Origin: Diadema antillarum
Taxonomy: Eukaryota
NCBI RefSeq assembly: GCF_040938485.1
Contig: NW_027270975.1
Span: forward strand, 1,116,001-1,180,000
Reading direction: 5' to 3'
Length of the DNA: 64,000 nucleotides
Shown: in pieces, positions 62,255-64,000 of the stretch
How the letters are laid out: each line of letters begins with the position of its first letter
How positions within the stretch are numbered: the first letter of the stretch is position 1
The notes under the pieces: generated by a model
The model's database searches: none
What the model saw: the letters and a program-made list of their open reading frames with translations, nothing else
Told to the model about the DNA's origin: nothing
Made by a program: the position numbers and the translations under genes

Positions 62255-64000
62255 TGCTTGCATTGAGCCTTAGTTTGTCAGCACTGTTGTCAAGGTAACA
62301 AAGGTCTATACTTCAAAACTATTGAGAAAGCGTCCTGACGAAGATGCTGATTTTACTGAAAGATAAACAGGTGGGAGATATGATTGGTCCTCTTTGTTCT
62401 TCAGGCACATTTATCTTCCATATTTGTCATGTAATTTTTCTCATACTGTGAGCTCGGTGGATTCTGAACTGCTTGAAAGGGAGTGTTTAATAAATCAGAC
62501 AGTAGTAACATCAACAAAGTTTACATATTTGTATATGACTATTACTTGATATGCGTTGCAACTTTCATTAGCCTATGCATGTATTGTAGTGTAGGTTGTA
62601 GCAAAAGATAATTATAACTATTCAAATTGGATTTTATTCAGTGCAGCCTAATTTTAATTGTCAGAAACCATGATTGATGTATCACCTTGAAGAATCTTCT
62701 CATATGACTTGTCCTGGATGCGAAGGAGTTAAGGATAGAGCACCAGTGTGTATCGACACCCCGCCCTCAGCTAGCCAAGTGTGAATGTCATGTGATGGAT
62801 GAGGGAAGACAGTAGTTTTGGGTCCAGACCTTTGGACAGAAAGATTCTTCTTGTCATTTTACCTTCCAGACTACAGTTTGGGAAGGACAATTTCAATACT
62901 ACCTCTCTGTTAACAAAAACATATTATTTACCTTTATCTTTTTGTATAAAAAGATTGATAAGTGAAGCAAGTGTGTAGTGTTCAGTAAGAACAAATTTTT
63001 GATGTATAGGAAAAGCAAAACTTCATTACAAAGTATTTTAAAGCATGGGACCAAGACTGGTGTGGAAAAGTATGGTAGAAGATTAGTGTGATATGGTATG
63101 GGGTGATGATGAATCCAGATGGTCTCATATCCAAAATGCTATGATGAGAGGAAATTCAAGAGATTCCAAAATGCTGGAAAGAATTTGTCATATGCTGTCC
63201 ATCAATTTATCTCTGTGTTAGAGATCATTTTTGTACAAACTAAGCGTACAAATCAAACTGCAAACTAGAACCATTGTTCATCACTGTGCCCTTTTATGAC
63301 AAGGAACTCTTCTGTATGCATCTTAACTTCAAATACTGCTTTTACAAATTCTTGAAATTTAGGGCATTTTTAGTTCTGAATTTTGAGATTCAATTCAGGA
63401 ACATATTTGACTAACTTTTTTTTTGAAAAAAAAAACACACAAAGAAAGTATTCCATTTAGTGAGGGAACATATATGCTGCAATGCAACAAACCAGATGAA
63501 TCAAAATGCTTCTTCATGCCATGCACGTTATGAACTTACACGATATCTTTGCTCTTTTTTTTTCACAAAAATCTGCTGACTTATTTGGCATGGGAAAGCG
63601 GAGACATTCTACAAAAGTACCACCCTCTCTATGTTGTATTGTCTAGATTTCTGTGAAGTCACTCAGAAAGGGATTTCAGACAAAAGTGTAAAAGCATCTC
63701 ACAAATCGCATAAGAATTTACCTGTATGTTTCTATGATTCTTCACCTTTAATCTATGAAATTAGTAATTTAAAGAAGTATGCTGCAATTACTTTACTAAT
63801 TTTGAAATAACACTGCTCACATAAGTTCTTTCAATATGAATTGGCTCGTATTTATCTGAACAGTTGTCATACACACACACACACACACACACAAAATAAT
63901 AATGTGACAGTTTTTGTGACCTCGAGAGCAGCTGTTGCGTGTGTCAGAGAATGTTCCACTTTAATTCATGTTCTTGACCTTGAATACTAAGAACCAGTAT

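Noticed and set aside
1-64000. Most entries of the supplied six-frame ORF track (60-200 aa)
   Set aside because: They are short, overlap on both strands, and many lie in repeats or microsatellites (e.g. 15301-15717, 30675-30977, 61214-61920); no recognisable domains except the L2 C-terminus.

Overview
Eukaryotic, AT-rich and largely non-coding window with two assembly gaps (35297-35437, 52668-52955). The repeat repertoire and microsatellites suggest a marine invertebrate deuterostome such as a sea urchin (inference only). I found no rRNA, tRNA, CRISPR array, prokaryote-type gene or intact transposase/RT ORF, and almost all of the supplied ORF track is noise. Well supported content is non-autonomous mobile DNA: five TTAA-flanked Kolobok-like foldback elements in two families, two ~1.05 kb PIF/Harbinger-like copies, two 85-86 bp piggyBac-like MITEs, two TA-flanked MITEs, three complete Helentron-associated (HINE/DINE-1-like) elements plus one remnant, a 5'-truncated L2-clade LINE end, and an unresolved CpG-rich nested-repeat block at 1-1.7 kb. 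In the unique DNA I see several + strand candidate exons. Four are ATG-initiated and all end at phase-0 donors (21608, 26149, 34864, 59325); there is also a 21-nt microexon (31326) and a 108-nt cassette exon with a perfect TACTAAC branch point (44613). A cluster of RFX X-boxes lies at 17.9-21.2 kb. The most interesting hypothesis is that the window is the 5' region of a large + strand gene with an array of alternative promoters and N-termini, one of which (34864) carries a PP1-docking RVxF-like motif. This is untested inference that needs RNA-seq/CAGE and homology searches; pseudo-exons are common in 64 kb of such DNA.
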